Positions 14,024-29,329 of a stretch of 64,000 nucleotides of DNA are shown here, piece by piece. Under the pieces are notes generated by a model. It saw only the letters and a program-made list of their open reading frames with translations, made no database searches and was not told where the DNA came from. The translations under genes were made by a program, and so were the position numbers. The DNA is from Octopus vulgaris (lineage: Eukaryota), in NCBI GenBank assembly GCA_951406725.2, contig OX597824.1, forward strand, positions 2,108,001-2,172,000, given 5' to 3'. Each line of letters opens with the position of its first letter. Position 1 is the first letter of the stretch.

Positions 14024-16010
14024 TGTATATGTTTGTATATGCAGTGAGAAACGGGGAAATTACGTAATTTTCATGGAAAACTTTACGTTCTCTGACGTGT
14101 TACAAACTAACTAGACTTTTCATTAACGAGTACACGTTTTCAGATATATCTTTGTGTATGTGTGTTAATTTTAGATGTGTTTAGCTGGCCAAAAATAAAT
14201 TGAGAACTTTTAATGATGGAATTGAGGCATCGACTAGGCTACAGCAATCGATAAAAAGTAGCACCGTTATAGATCAGTTAAGGGATATAAAACAGGCATA
14301 TAAAGATAGAACTAGGATTATGCAATGTGATATTGCAGGTTTTAATCGCCCGATGTTAAGATTCTTACGTTTAATGCAAATGAGTTCGCTAAAATGTATG
14401 TTCACATTTTAATGCATGCACGAAACACCATTCGTTTCAGTAAAAGTTCAGCATGGGTAAAAAATCGAATCCCACAAATTGTTTGATGTAGCTATAGGAT
14501 CTCATAACAGTGCTATTTGTGATCTTCTAGGTCTCTTTTTATTAGAAGTCTCTTTTCTATGAAATACACTGTAATATAAGTTCTCATCGCACGATATTTA
14601 TTCACACCGTGACGATTGTTCAAACAAATCTCATTGTGAAGGTCTGACACTTGATGATTTATGAAAAATCTCATATATGCTTCCATTCAATTATCCCTGA
14701 AAATCGCATTAACCGCTAACCTCGCAAAAGAGATTTCTTTGATGCTTCACTAGGCGTCAACTTGTGTCTCTTGGGAGCCCTATTATAGCATTAATGAAAA
14801 GTCCACGTATATACACACATAGTATTGCCCCCAACCACACACACACACACACCGATCGTGTTCAAAAGTATTATTGAGCAAATATAATCAAGAGAATATC
14901 TAATATCTCCTCTTCTATATTTGAATAACTTCTCCTTTAAGAAAACATTCGGAAACGCATTCCCCTATCATAATAATATTCTAGCTCACAGTGGTTTAAA
15001 AGAAAAAGTTACTTACAGCGTTGTAATTAAATCAGAATATCCTAAAAATATACTCAGGAAGATAATATAGCTCGCTCCTCATTTCTCTTTGAACGTTAAG
15101 ATTAACGTGGGTAGGACATGTCTTGCATTAACGGGTACCATTTCCCTGCTGACCATAGATACAAGAAAATGTTTAATAAACGTTCAAAGAAACTTTCATG
15201 CAGCTGCTCCCTCACCAGGAGGCGGATCACTCGCGGGTCACTGCAGCTGTCGAAACACAGAAAAGTTTCCTCTCAATCAGGCATACATGATTACTTCAGT
15301 AGTGTATGATGACAAACACACTAAAAAAATACCCTAGAGTAAATAAAAGTGATTTTAAAAAAGATACGCTAACCATGAATCTTCTCTCCAGCGGAAGAAT
15401 AAGAAGAAAATCATGAAGTTAGCTAGACATATGTCGGACTCCATGCCGATAATACACATCATACACCTTCGAGTGGAGCATCGTGGAACGTATTCAGGCA
15501 ATCACAGAGAGGTTTTGCTTAGCTGAATGATATTACATTCTTTTCTTTTCAGACCTAAGAATTCTACCGGCCGACTAAATCATAAGACTTTTATTAAATG
15601 TAACTGTCTAGTCAAGTTTCTTTTATAAAAATGGTAAACACCAGCTTCTCTAGATTAAGCATTAAGCCTCACAAATTTTGACCTTTTCCCTGATGTAAGT
15701 CTTAGCTTTTCTTTCACTATCTCTAAATTCGTCTGTCATTTTCTTCTAAAAGACCAGGACCTTTTGTCGTTATATTTTTCTGAAAGGATAGCCATGTAGT
15801 ATATTTGAAATTGGAACACTACACAAGCTTGTCCCATTATCATGTTTTCACAGCATAAAACATATAGGAGCCTGAATGTAAATCCTATGTATATTATATG
15901 ATATCAGTTAGTGGATGGTGTAGTTTCTGTTGACCGCACCGCTAACGGAACAGCACATTATATATATACCCGCACACGCACACACAAACACACACATATA
16001 TATGTATGCA

Positions 16011-16110
<100 letters not shown>

Positions 16111-16594
16111 TGTGAACCTCACCGTCGAAATAATTATAAGCTGACAACAAGTGTATGCATTCAATGTTCTATGTGTCATCTACACGTTTCTGTAAAAAGA
16201 GCAAAATAATTATATTAGACATCTAAAAACATACATTCAATATGCATACATACATAGGTAGTACATACCTACATATCTATATATACGTTGTGGGGTGCGT
16301 GTGTGTGTATGTGCGTTTGGCTATGTATGTATGCATCTATGTATGCATGTGAGCATGTGTAAGAGAGTCCACCGTCGGTTCCAACTTGGATTATTCCAGT
16401 CATGTGCATCTTCATTGTATTTCTCAGGCGAAATCATAATTTAGTGAGACAAGTTTCTGCCTTCGAATTACATCCAACGATTTACTACACATTATACACA
16501 TATACGCATGTGTGTGTGTTTATATGTAAGTATGAATGTGTGAATATGTAAGTATGTCTCTCCCTCACTCTCTCTCTCTCTCTCTCTCTCCTTG

Positions 16595-16626
<32 letters not shown>

Positions 16627-19037
16627 TGTGTGTTCATGCGTGTATACATATGCACGAACGTATATGTAAGGATGCATTGACGTATGTATATATGTATGTG
16701 TGTGTATTTTGTGTGTGTGTGTGTATTTTGTGTGTGTGTGTGTGTGTGTGTATCTAAAGAAAACATTGCGGCTTCCATTGAATTACTTGAATACGGGATT
16801 ACATGGATAGGGATTATGCTACCTTGCATTCGAAATAAAGAAATAATAACATTAATTTGGTACAAATCCGAAAATGTCTCAGATAGAAAATATGACATTT
16901 CAATGCTGTTTCCATCGGTATCGGTGGTATTAGTAGAGAAAGAGAAGAGAAACTGCAGACTTCAATCGAACCATGAGCATTGAGCTCTATGGCGGATCTT
17001 TATCCGATTTCTATAGAATTATGATTGGTGAATAAGTTGCGTAAACTTTAGTGAGAGTATCACTGACCGTGTCCTACTTTCATTAAATATTCGAAGCTTC
17101 TTAATTCTTGTTTTTTTAATATATGAACCTAAAGCTGAAGTAAAAGGAATAAGCGATAGGTTTGTAATGAGTCACCATTTGTGAATATGAAACCTTTCTA
17201 TTTATCTGCAAATAAATAAAAGATCCAAGTTTTCCCATTTTTACAGAAAAACTAGCGTGATATATGGAAATATTTCTCTGTTTCTTGTGTTGGTAGGTGG
17301 AGAAATCGGTAGAGTTATGCTCAAACACATTTGGTTACATCTTTCTACATCCGGGTTCCAAATTTCTGCCGCATTCAATTTACCCCTTATAATTCTGAAG
17401 CTGGTGAACTTACTGCAACACCCTAAGCGTTATTGTCTTTCATCATTAAAATCTCAACTTTTCGTGAACATCGCATACGTGACATAACTTAAGCGGCCCT
17501 AGGTAAATTGCCGAAGATACTATCACAGGTAATTGTCTGTCGCATGAGATCGGGGATCTGCGCCTCAAGTGCTCGCTAACCCGAGTCAAAATTTAAAGAG
17601 TAAAACAGTAACGTACCATGTAGTATGATGCCTATCTCCATATCATTGATGGTGTCGATTGGAAGAGAAAGAAATTCAATGCTACTTGAAATGTACGTCA
17701 TTGTAGGACTCCCAACAAAATCGAAGAAAAGATCGGATTCCGTTAAAGAAACCCATTGCTTTTGTGCAACAGACGAAATTTACCCCCAAATTTCATATAT
17801 TTTTCAATTGTATTTTCCAACAGAAGACAAACTTATCGAGGCTTATTCGATTCCATGACACATCAGAAACTATTTTTCTGTATGATATACTTATTTATTT
17901 AGACTAAATATTTGAAATTAAAGATAATAGAGTTTGTATGATAAAGGTTAACAAGTTGAAAATGAAAACAGTGATTATCATATCGTGAATATTAATTGAT
18001 CCCATTGATTACGATGCCAATTTCGAAAAGGCAATTCGAGCACCCTGCAAAACCCGGCTGTGATACGTCAGAGCGAATCGCTGGCGGAAACTCCTAGAAT
18101 TGTCACCGAAAATATTGGCGTGGAAAGAAAGCCTCATTCTTTTTAATGATAAACTGTATGAAAGTATTTTGGACACCGTTAGTCTTTCCAGCCGAGCAGA
18201 TTAGCGGACTCCCAACCACATCCCGTGTAAATGTATTTCTCAAATCCTACGCTTAGAGACTCAACTCACAAAACATTACTATACATACTGACACAGTATT
18301 GTCTTTAAACATTTTGACATTCACAAGAGTAACATATTATACTCTTTCCAAACATAGCGATAATATTTCTTTACAAGTGAAATACATTGAATAGTATTTC
18401 GTGGATATGTTTGGAGCCCCACAACTGTGATTTGAATCCAAATGAGAACGAACTGAAATATTCTCCACAGAAGATTGTTTCTCTCTCTTCAACGCTACAG
18501 TTTAAAGGAAATCATTTTATTCCCATCGTAACAATTTAAGAAGTCATAATGGCTTAAATAATTATTAACTTTCAAAAGGGTAAATGGCTATGCGTTCCAT
18601 CAGTTTGAATATTTCATCAAAACTGACTTCATTAAAATGCATTATTATAAATTTTAAATTACGGATATGAAAATAATAATATCAAACGTAAAAGCGGAAA
18701 CAAATAAATGTGTAAAGTTAATTAAATGAACGAAAAGTATTAATGTAGCAATTGGAGTTGTGATAAATGTTGTTCTTAATTAGATATCATAGTTTATTAC
18801 AAAAATGGACAAACGTTAAGCAGAAATATCCTTTATTAATGGATATTCCGTAATTAGATTGTTAAGTTTTCTGATCGCATCAGAATTGGATTAATATCAA
18901 CCCTTCTGGAAAGTAAGCGATGTAAAATGTTTTTTAACAAATACAATATCAAATTCACTGAATAATATTTGATGTGCTTCAGAAATAGCAAATTATTGCA
19001 GTTCAATACATACATACATACATATATATATCTATAA

Positions 19038-19171
<134 letters not shown>

Positions 19172-19345
19172 CTATATATACATATATGTATACACATATA
19201 TATGTATGTATATATATATAAATATATGTGTTATGGACGTACATATGTGTGTATATAGGTATGTGTATATATGTGTGTGTACCTATGTATGACTGTGTGT
19301 GCATTATATATAGATATAACTTTCAAGTATATAATTATAGAAATA

Positions 19346-19594
19346 TTATAATTGAGGACATTGGAATGCCAACACCTATACGCTAGAGGTAGATGTCAGG
19401 TACCTACAAGTCATAGTAAATATGTTCTCTATTTATAACACAAGGTCGGATGCGAGAAATTTGCAAAATTTCAGATAAATACTATATCTTAAGATTTCAT
19501 TTTGGGTTATGAATAAGGAATACATTTAAAGTGGAATGTTGGTATTCATCAATCTAGCGTATAGGCACTGGCATTCCTGCGCCCTTAATTATAA
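19346..19594. repeat. Fold-back element or MITE with ~42-bp imperfect terminal inverted repeats
   Basis: TTATAATTGAGGACATTGGAATGCCAACACCTATACGCTAGA (19346-19387) matches the reverse complement of 19553-19594 (TTATAATTAAGGGCGCAGGAATGCCAGTGCCTATACGCTAGA). Confidence 0.75.
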
Positions 19595-19692
19595 TTATAT
19601 TTTTATTATTATATACTAAAAATTTATTTTACCGATATGGTCAGTTTTATACGCTAGCCACTGGTATAGTCATTTTAATGATATTATCATCG

Positions 19693-19808
<116 letters not shown>

Positions 19809-20384
19809 GCGTTTGTCGTACATATGCACACGTATTTTATTTCAGCATTACTGTTAACTAGGTTCTAGTACTATACATGCTCAAATATGCTTAGACTCAA
19901 CATTGCAGAGTGCCACTATGAAACGCCATTGAGATGGTATGAATGCAGAAATGTAATCTAACCGACACACTTACATAAATTTGAAACTGAGTAGACTTGA
20001 TTAATCATTACATGAGAAAAGTCAGGTGGTGCGTTATCAGCTTAGCTAAATTACAAGTGTTTCAGCTGTAAGAAGCACTGCATTCAGATTTTTGTATAGC
20101 GTGACATCTTGTAGCTGCGTCAGAGCATTTAACGTGAAGATTTCTGCAGAGTTTGAAAGATAAATCCAATGTGTGTGTGTCCGTCTGTGTAGGGTAATAA
20201 AACGGATATGAAATTCAGATGGCATCCACACGTGACTTTCATTCATCTTAGGCACATTTTGCTATTTACAAATATGTGTATATATGTTTGCTAATTACAT
20301 ATATGTGTGTATGGTCGTGTATGTATTTGGGCTGGATGGAATCGACTTACTGCGCCCAGAAATTACTCGCTTTGTGCCAAAATC

Positions 20385-20806
<422 letters not shown>

Positions 20807-22084
20807 AAGATGGAAGAATTAAGTTTTTTAAACAGAAAATATCCATGAGATGGAAAAACGAATGGCAACGAAATAAGGAATACCATGCAAATATAAAAAA
20901 ATCTAGAAATGTTTCTAATAGTAATATGTAAAACTATTCATAGTGATATAATATATAAAATATGTAGGTAATTTTTAATCCGGCACCTGTAGTATGATAC
21001 AGTAAACTGAAATACGATGCGGGAAAATTGCTGAAATACGCGTTTATGGAGTGGGATCACTTAAGAGTAAAATATATTTATATTAGTTTGCTATGGTTCA
21101 TTGGTTCGTATTGTGTTGAATGTATCTCCGCCATAAATATGAATAAAACTGGTCTAAACTGTGTCGGGGATTATGTCTTACGCTTGTCAGATGAAGAGTC
21201 TGAAGTTATGATAGTAGCATTAATTTCGGTTTTGTAGTAGAATGAAACATTACCCTTGCTTCAATAACTTTCAGATAAAGTAAGAGTATGAAGCAGAACA
21301 GGTGATAAAAGAAAGAGACAGAGGCGGAGAGGAAGACGTAGCAGTTGCGAAATACTCATTTGTAAAGTGCCGATCCAGAGGCGAAATTACTTTGTAGTTG
21401 CCGGGCTTACAGTATTGATAACAAGCGTTTGCAAGCGCAGGAATGGATTTATTAATAGCAAGATAGCAGCTATAATTTAACACACTGAGATGCGTTTCTG
21501 GGAAAATCAATTCCGTAGGATATATGCATCATTTCGTTTAGTAGAAACGCATCTACAATGTGTCATGTTTCAGCTTACTCCACCTCAATAAAATTAATCC
21601 CTTGATTCACTTTCATTTTTCGTAATCTCCTACCATTATTTGGATATAATTGTACATATGTAGCGTTAGTCAAAAGAGTTGCGATATTTTAATTCTTCTT
21701 GTAATACAGTAAATAGCATTCACCTTCGCCAAAGCAAGCCATGGTTCATTCTATTATTAGTATTACATTAATTATATTGCAGACATGTCGATTTATGTTC
21801 ATATTTCAAATCTTACCGAGGTGATAAGTTGTCATGACCTGATATCCTGAGGGACTTGTTGATGCATGTACAAGGGAAGCCCATACCGGATTAGATATGC
21901 AATCGACAATTCTATCTCCTAAGATACATCACAGTGTATCAACCTTAGAGACATTATATTACATACACAATCGGGCTCTTCTTTCTGAAAATAACCAAGA
22001 AGGGTAAATCGGGTCTAAAGATTTTCTGTCAGTCAAAAACAGCATCTTTTAACTTTCATGGATTGTCTCAGACATAAGACTGGA

Positions 22085-22412
22085 GTTTAGTCGAATGAAT
22101 CGATGCCAGTATTTCTTTTTGACACTTATTTTATCGACCTTTTTGCCGAACAACTAAGCTACGGGAACGTAAGCACACCAACACGGGTTGTCAAGCGGTG
22201 GCAGGTGGACGAACAGGCACAAAGACACACACATACACACACACACAGACGTTTGTGTTTGTGAGGTCTAACATCCCAAATTCGTAATCGTATATATATA
22301 TGCATATCCTACTGGGTTCTTTCAGCATCAGTCTATCAAATCCTCTCACTAGGCTTTGGTCGGCCTGAGGCTCAAGATGCCATACAGTGGGACTGAACTC
22401 AGAACCACATGT
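22085..22412 (-). mobile_element. Composite CORE-like SINE with internal microsatellite (degenerate)
   Basis: Minus strand: head ...GAGTTCAGTCCCACTGTATGGCATCTTGAG...GACCAAAGCCTAGTGAG, then (TG)n, then CGCTTGACAACC...TTCGGCAAAA; halves match 31306-31469 and 23911-24130. Confidence 0.75.
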
Positions 22413-23370
22413 ATTTCCAATTAGTGTAATAGACATACGTAGATGGTTCCGTTGGTTTAATACTTCCAATTGCCTTCACTGAGCTTTTTCTTCTGTTGTG
22501 AATAAGATTTCTGCAAGAAGTTCTAAACGAAGATCGGCAGCTAATTTCGAATACTTGCGACTCGTGAGTTTTGCCTAATTAACCTTATGCAAATGTCTTA
22601 TCGCTCTTCGTTTGGGAGGCTCTGCATCAAACGGAAACTATGAATTGCTCGCATATTTAAACGTCATTTTAATCTAAAATTTACCAAATAATGGAATTCT
22701 GGTATCGTAAAATAGAAGTGCGTCACTTCAGTGTTTTTGTTTTACAAACGTTTTATTTTCTTCAAAATATACACTTTATATTTAATGCTACTTAAACGAA
22801 AAGGGTAATTACAATTTTTTAAAAGCAAGTTTTTAAAAAATTCGAAAATAAAATCTAAGAGTGGCATGTTTATATTCACATGCATATTAATCTCTGAATA
22901 AAACCATTTAAATCTTTTTGTCGATATATTCATACGAATAGTAAATAATAACCATAGAATTTTTATTACACATTTAAAATGCTATATAAAGCCTTTATAT
23001 TTTACCTGAACTTGTGTATAAGTAGATAGAAGAATGAGAATATGTGTTGGACACAAATATGCGCAAACTCGATGTGATTCTTAAAGAGTGAAAAGAATTT
23101 TAAGTAAACATAATAAAACAGCTTCAAGAGAAACACGAAGAATTACATCCATCATGCGCGCACATGAATGTATGAATATAAGCACCGATTCCGATATCTA
23201 TACAGGTTATACATATATATTGATAGCGAAATCAAGTGTGACAGACATGTCTAAAGAGACAGAAGTGAAGAAAGGCAAAGAAGACCTCTGCAGAATATGA
23301 ACAACAAAAGAAATACTTCAAAGTATTTACCCGACACTAGAACGAAAGATCTTGCTTAAGCCTCGTCAAA

Positions 23371-23391
23371 TCAATAATAATAATAATAATG

Positions 23392-23486
<95 letters not shown>
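23371..23486. repeat. (TAA)n microsatellite
   Basis: Direct reading. Confidence 0.95.
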
Positions 23487-23488
<2 letters not shown>

Positions 23489-23893
23489 GTTCTGATGCAA
23501 TACCAGGCAGTGACTCTCGTGGCTTCTGATCTTAACTGATTGGAAGTGTTATCATGTACATTGTTTTGTCTTGGTATAAAAGATGGGCTAACAGCAAATA
23601 TTCTGCTCAATACCACAGATTTGCTTGTCAGTTATTTGACCTTAACCAGTTGAACATGTCCCTTAGTGACTGACGATAGGCGCATCTCTGATTACGAGCA
23701 GAAGTAGTTGGGGAGCATCATAGCCATGTGCTGAGAGGGATTCGTTGGGGTTTGAATAATTCACCTCTGGAAATATGGGTGTTTCGTCCAACATCCTTAA
23801 GCAACCCTTATTCAGGGATCTTTTGAGCGGGATGGGTTAGAAGATGGGTTATTCAGGTGTCTTTTGAGCGGGATGGTTAGAAGAAAATTCTAA
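23487..23893. mobile_element. Unclassified interspersed repeat abutting (TAA)n, with internal ~37-bp duplication
   Basis: Complex, higher-GC block between microsatellites; TTATTCAGG..TCTTTTGAGCGGGATGG(G)TTAGAAGA occurs twice at about 23808-23884. Confidence 0.5.
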
Positions 23894-23910
23894 CACACTC
23901 ACACACACAC

Positions 23911-24130
23911 ATTCTTTTATTCTTTCACTTGTTTCAGTCAGTTGAAAGAGGCTATACTGGATCACCACCGTGAAAGGTTTCTAAGTCGAACAAATCGACC
24001 TCAGGACTTATTTTTTAATGTCTAGTACTTATTTTACCGTTATCTTTTGCCGAACCGCTATGTTATGGGGACATAAACGCACCATCACTTGTTGTCAGTG
24101 GTGATGGGGGAACAAACATAGACACTATGA
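23911..24130 (-). mobile_element. 3' half of composite SINE with LINE-like tail
   Basis: Minus strand ...CGGTGGTGATCCAGTATAGCC...TGACTGAAACAAGTGAAAGAATAAAAGAAT. Confidence 0.75.
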
Positions 24131-24280
24131 TACACACAGATACATATATACATGGATACACATACATATACACAAACAGACATACAGACACACACAAGCA
24201 TACACAAACAAACGCACGCGCAGAGAGAGAGAAAAGAGAGAGAGACACGCGCATGTGTATGTGAATGTGTATATATATAT

Positions 24281-24316
<36 letters not shown>

Positions 24317-24319
24317 TTT

Positions 24320-24389
<70 letters not shown>

Positions 24390-24764
24390 TGTGTGTATGC
24401 ACACATACATGTCTATACACATATATATAGAGAAAGAGATTCAGAACCATACGCCGTAAAGCATAAATTTAACAGATATAACTTAATTACGTACCGCAGC
24501 GATTTCTCTATATATGCATATTTTTTTTTCTCTCTAATTATGGAATTATGATTCATAATTAATGCACATCAATTTAAATTACATTACCTGGATTTATTAT
24601 AATGATATAATGTATTGGATTTTAAAAACATAATCTCTTATATATATATGTATATATATGTATGTTTTTCTGTGTTTTATGTATCGTTACGTTTGATGTA
24701 CATGTACATATGCACCCCTTTGTGTGCGCCTGTGTGTGTGGATATGTGTTTGTTACACACATGT

Positions 24765-25053
24765 CCTGATGGTTAGTGAGGTTGCATTCACGATCGCAAG
24801 GCTATGGTTTCGATTCCAGGACTGGTGATACATTGTTACCTTGAGCAAAACACGTCATTTCAAGTTCGTCTGCGATCACTTTGACATCCGACGTGTTGTA
24901 TACAGTGTGCATCTGCACAAACAATATCGATTTATAGAGAGAGACAGAGTGAGCAAAGGACAGCATGAACATTTCGATGACTATAAACAACTGAACTGAA
25001 CAGGGTATTCAAGGCATTTCGTCATACTCACCTGTCGCTTACGACAGGAGAGG
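24765..25053 (+). mobile_element. Degenerate tRNA-headed CORE-like SINE
   Basis: TGATGGTTAG (A-box-like), GGTTTCGATTCC (B-box-like), CCTTGAGCAAAACAC (CORE-like). Confidence 0.55.
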
Positions 25054-25419
25054 GGTACATTGCGCGCGCACACACACACACACAAATATATTCTTATAAT
25101 ACAACTGTCGTATCAGGGCTGGTTACATTGCCATAATGGACCTGATATCACAGTAAGTCATTTCACTTTAAAGAATGTGGAATGTGACTTTAGTGACATT
25201 TCACTTTTAGTTCCATCAACTCAAAAAACCACAGTGACATCTGTCATTGGTCTCCCTGTTTCAATCTCGCTTTTGCTTCTCAGCTTCAGTATCAGTCATA
25301 ACAATTCATTCCATTTTGAGGACGATGGAATGCCACTTTAAATAAATTTACAAGAGGCTGTCTAATTTCTTGTCGAGTCATCAATGGTAAACTAGGAGAG
25401 TTACGCAGGGACTTTTACC

Positions 25420-26735
25420 CAAATGGTTTGGCGTTGCTGCTTTGCTTTTTCTCTATACATATCAAATGGACTTTCTCATCACTTGGAGCTGTAAAGTTAA
25501 TTAGCAGGTACTTTCTATTCTTTTTGTCTACTACTACAAAATCAGACCTTCTAGCTTCGATTAATTTGCCACTCTGAAAGGTAAAATGCCGAAGCGGCTT
25601 ATATTTCGTACTTTCTAGCATTTTCTAGTTTCGTGTTTATACCCCTTATGTGTATGTTCAAATTCTGCCTCTCTCCATATGTCTCCCAGTGGATAATTTA
25701 ACCTAGGTTGTTATGTCTTTTCTTGTATTCTTTTTATGACAGCGTACGGCATTCACTTACTATAAGAGTAGCATTTTTCTCTTTTATTTAAAAATCCTAT
25801 ACTGGGAATCTACCTGATCTTTCTCGATTGGCTTTAATGAAATTAGTCCTAAATGCCTGATCTTATGCTACTACAAGCAGATTTTTTGTTTCTCTATTCA
25901 GCCTTCCTTTCCGCAACCATAATCATGTTTCACTATTACTATTTCCTGCAATTATCTTTTGGAATCTACAGCAACGAAAACCCTTCTGTTGCCTGTCAGA
26001 TAATCTTTTTCTTCGTTTTTCTATTTTCTTTTTTTTTTTATTCATTTGGCATGTTGGTTTCCCATTGCCCTTCTTTGACTGTAGTAGCTCTGAATAACCT
26101 TTCTTCACTGTTACCTACATAGGAGCCTACACCTACTTTAGCTAATTCCACGCAGTCTTCCACTGATATTAATCCTCTTCTAATTTCCTTTCTAGCTAAG
26201 TATAATCTCGTTACGCTTGCTCTTAGGTGGAGTCCTCCATTCATATTGAAGACATTTCCAATTCTTTTGTCTAGTTTTGCTAATTCAGATTTTTATCCAA
26301 TCTACAAAACTTGTTAGGTACCTAAGTAACGATACTACACAAGTATTAACAGCTTTCACTAGAATCAGACCAATTAGCTTTGACCGCAGTAGATCCGTCG
26401 CCCTTCTGATGTACTCCTCCTCGATTTTCCTTTTCATTTATATACTTAGAATTCTATCAGATTCTAATACTCCTAAATACTTATAACTCCCTCCTTCTTT
26501 CAGTCATTTCAATGTCTGGCCATTTGGTAATTGGATGCCTTTACCTTTGACTACCTTTCCGTTTTTCATGACTAATATTGCTTTCTTATTTATATCAAAT
26601 TCCATACCGATATTTTTGCTGAAGAGTCTAACAGTTTATATTAAGGAATCTATCTCTTTTTTATTCTCAATAAAAATCTTCAGGTCATCCATGTAGAGTA
26701 AATGGTTATCTTTTCTTTTACTATTTCTGAACTTA
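25420..26735 (-). mobile_element. R4/Dong-clade non-LTR retrotransposon relic (RT C-terminal half to restriction-like endonuclease)
   Basis: NHLLYMDDLKIF (catalytic YxDD), IGMEFDINK, YKYLGV, MNGGLHLRASVTRLYLARKEIRRGLISVEDC, and RLE-like ARRSDFVVVDKKNRKYLLINFTAPSD; many stops and frameshifts. Confidence 0.85.
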
Positions 26736-26989
26736 CTATAATACTTGTGTGACATCGTAAAAATCCTCAGCTGAATTCATACAGTCGCAGGCCAATTTAG
26801 ACGGTGATATTGCTTTTCGTTAGGTTCAGTTTCAGAAGTGATGGCTTACAGCAATACAGCTCGATGAAATTAGGAAGAGGATGATGACCGTAAAGTTGAC
26901 GATGCTCTACTGAAGGAGAGTACCCGGGAGAAGTGTAGCATGTTAAGTCCTGATTGTAGAGAAGGACTAAATAATGAAGGCAAATGAAC

Positions 26990-27360
26990 GAACGAAAACA
27001 TTGTATCATTGAGAATATACCTTAAATGGAAAATAGGGTCCCCAGAGAGTTGCTTAATATACTTCTCAGCTCCCTTCTTTATCATTCCCAACGCACAAAT
27101 TATTACTGGTTTTATCGTAGTACTAAGCTTCCATATTTTTGTGAATTCAATTTGAAGACATTTATAGCTAAGAAAGCTTTTCGTATTCCCCTTTTGAGAC
27201 ATTTTGATCTTGTGGGACAGACAAAACTATTAACAGACAAGTTCCACTGTTGAAGTCCTTGATCACAATGTCTAGTCGATTAGAGTAAGCTTTTCTGTCT
27301 GTTTGTATTGGGAAGTGCCAAAGGATGGTGACGCTCCCACCATTTACTACATCCTTACTA
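26990..27360 (-). mobile_element. R4/Dong-clade 3' fragment (RLE domain), 5'-truncated at (TAA)n
   Basis: VTILWHFPIQTDRK...YKCLQIEFTKIWKLSTTIKPVIICALGMIKKGAEKYIKQLSG; adjoins (TAT)n at 27360-27450. Confidence 0.8.
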
Positions 27361-27382
27361 GTATTATTATTATTATTATTAC

Positions 27383-27442
<60 letters not shown>

Positions 27443-28819
27443 CATCATTAAAATTCCTATTTATAGTTGCTGTTGTTTGGATGTTGGTAGTTGTTGTAGA
27501 ATAAACTTAGCAAAAACAATTTTCCAGATAAATTTACATAAATTTACAACATAAATGGGATAAATGTATAAACCATGAGTGAATATAATACTTTAATGCA
27601 TTCTTCTTGGATATTTAGTTCACATCTGCAAACCTCAAGTCGTGTTCGTGAAATAATGGGTCGACCTTCACTACCTTATTTTATATTGCTAATATATATA
27701 TATATCTTATAATTCTTGTAAAAGTGCATTTATTTCCACTGAAGACCGAATGACAATTATGCCTCCTCTGGAAAGGTAACTGAATTTCATCTGTGCTTCA
27801 CAGAAATGTTTGGGAGATTTACATCTGACGAACGCAAAGAACAAAAGTTGCAGATTATCATTGAAAGATATCAATTTATTTTGAATTACACAAATTATAT
27901 CAAATTCATGTAAAATCCTAAAGAGGAATCTTCCCCTCCTATGATGCTCAGTCAAGTTTCCTTCTAAGAAAAAGTTACAACGCTGTCACTCAGCCAATAG
28001 AGTACCTCACACTTTAAATAATTTGAGCCCTATGCCGTTCATGAGTTAACGCCGCAAGTTTTATGACGGGGTTAGTAGTGGCAGCAGTTTAATGCCACCA
28101 TTGATTTATCCGCTAAAATTTGTGTAAAGCTTTTTTATAGAAACATTTATAGTATTAAAATGTAGTTTCCATATTTTTCACCAATACAAGACGGAACATT
28201 TCCAGTTCCGTGCTTAAGACTCCTTGAGCATATGGTGTCTTTTCACTCTAAAAGAATTTTGAGACAGCAACCGTAGAATTTAAATATATTATTTTATTCT
28301 TCTTTATATGAACATGTTCGAAAGTCAGCCATATTGTATTGTGAATTCTTGTATTGTTCCAAGTATTATTACAATTGCTGCCAGATGTTTATGATACCTT
28401 TTTCCTGACGCTTTACATAAAGATGTTTTTCAAATATTAGCTGTATATGATTTGTATTTTACGTTTGTTCTCTTCTCAAAGTTTTCCATTATTTTTGCCT
28501 GCATGAACCAAAATTGATTATTTTCATTCATAATATTGATTTAGAAATATGTTTCAATGTAACTTTTCAAAAGAAAAGAGAAAGATGTTCTATTGATCTA
28601 GAAAAACTAGTGATATGAATATAAGCAGCAAACTACAAATTTACTTAGAAATATTTCCATTATGTCTATATTCCTCTAGGTGTGTCAGTGGATCTGATAG
28701 ACTGAGACTTAAGTAATCCCGCTCTCTCTCTCTCTCTCTCTCTCTCTGTATATATATACATATTTGTATGTGTGTGCATGTGTCTGTGTTTGTGCGTGTG
28801 TGTGTTTATGTGCCCAAGT

Positions 28820-28997
28820 GTGTGTGTCTATGTTGTGCTGCATTTCAACTCGACTAATATAAGTTTCTTAGCGGTTCGGCAAAAGAAACTGAAATATTAT
28901 GTAATAGACATTAAAAATACGCACTAGTGGTAATTTGTTCCGCCGGACAATCAAAGGGGTGCCCCAGGATTGATGCAGTTCAACGTGTGGTACAAGT
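28820..28997 (+). mobile_element. Degenerate 3' half of composite SINE
   Basis: CTTAGCGGTTCGGCAAAAGA...AAGGGGTGCCCCAGGAT. Confidence 0.6.
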
Positions 28998-29329
28998 ATT
29001 ATCAACAATCATTTCTAAAATATTGTCAATGTTAGAACACTTATTAAGTCTCAATGATATATTGTTAATTCTTGGCTATGTATAATTATCTAATATGACG
29101 CGTATCTCAATTTTAATTGATTAATCCTATTAACACATCTAAAATTACTTAATGAATCAACGAGATTGAACTTTGATGAGATTTTCAAAGAATGATAAAA
29201 ATTAACAAAAATATGTTGATGTTCGATCCAGGAACGGTTACCAAGTGCACTGCATCAACAAACACGAAAATAAAAGGACAGTAACATTTTTGGGCTCTTT
29301 GAATGTATAGTGATATCTTATGTTGTCAT

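Noticed and set aside
15085-15300. RTE-like snippets LRLTWVGHVL and LAGHC
   Set aside because: Too short and in different frames; cannot support a call without alignment.
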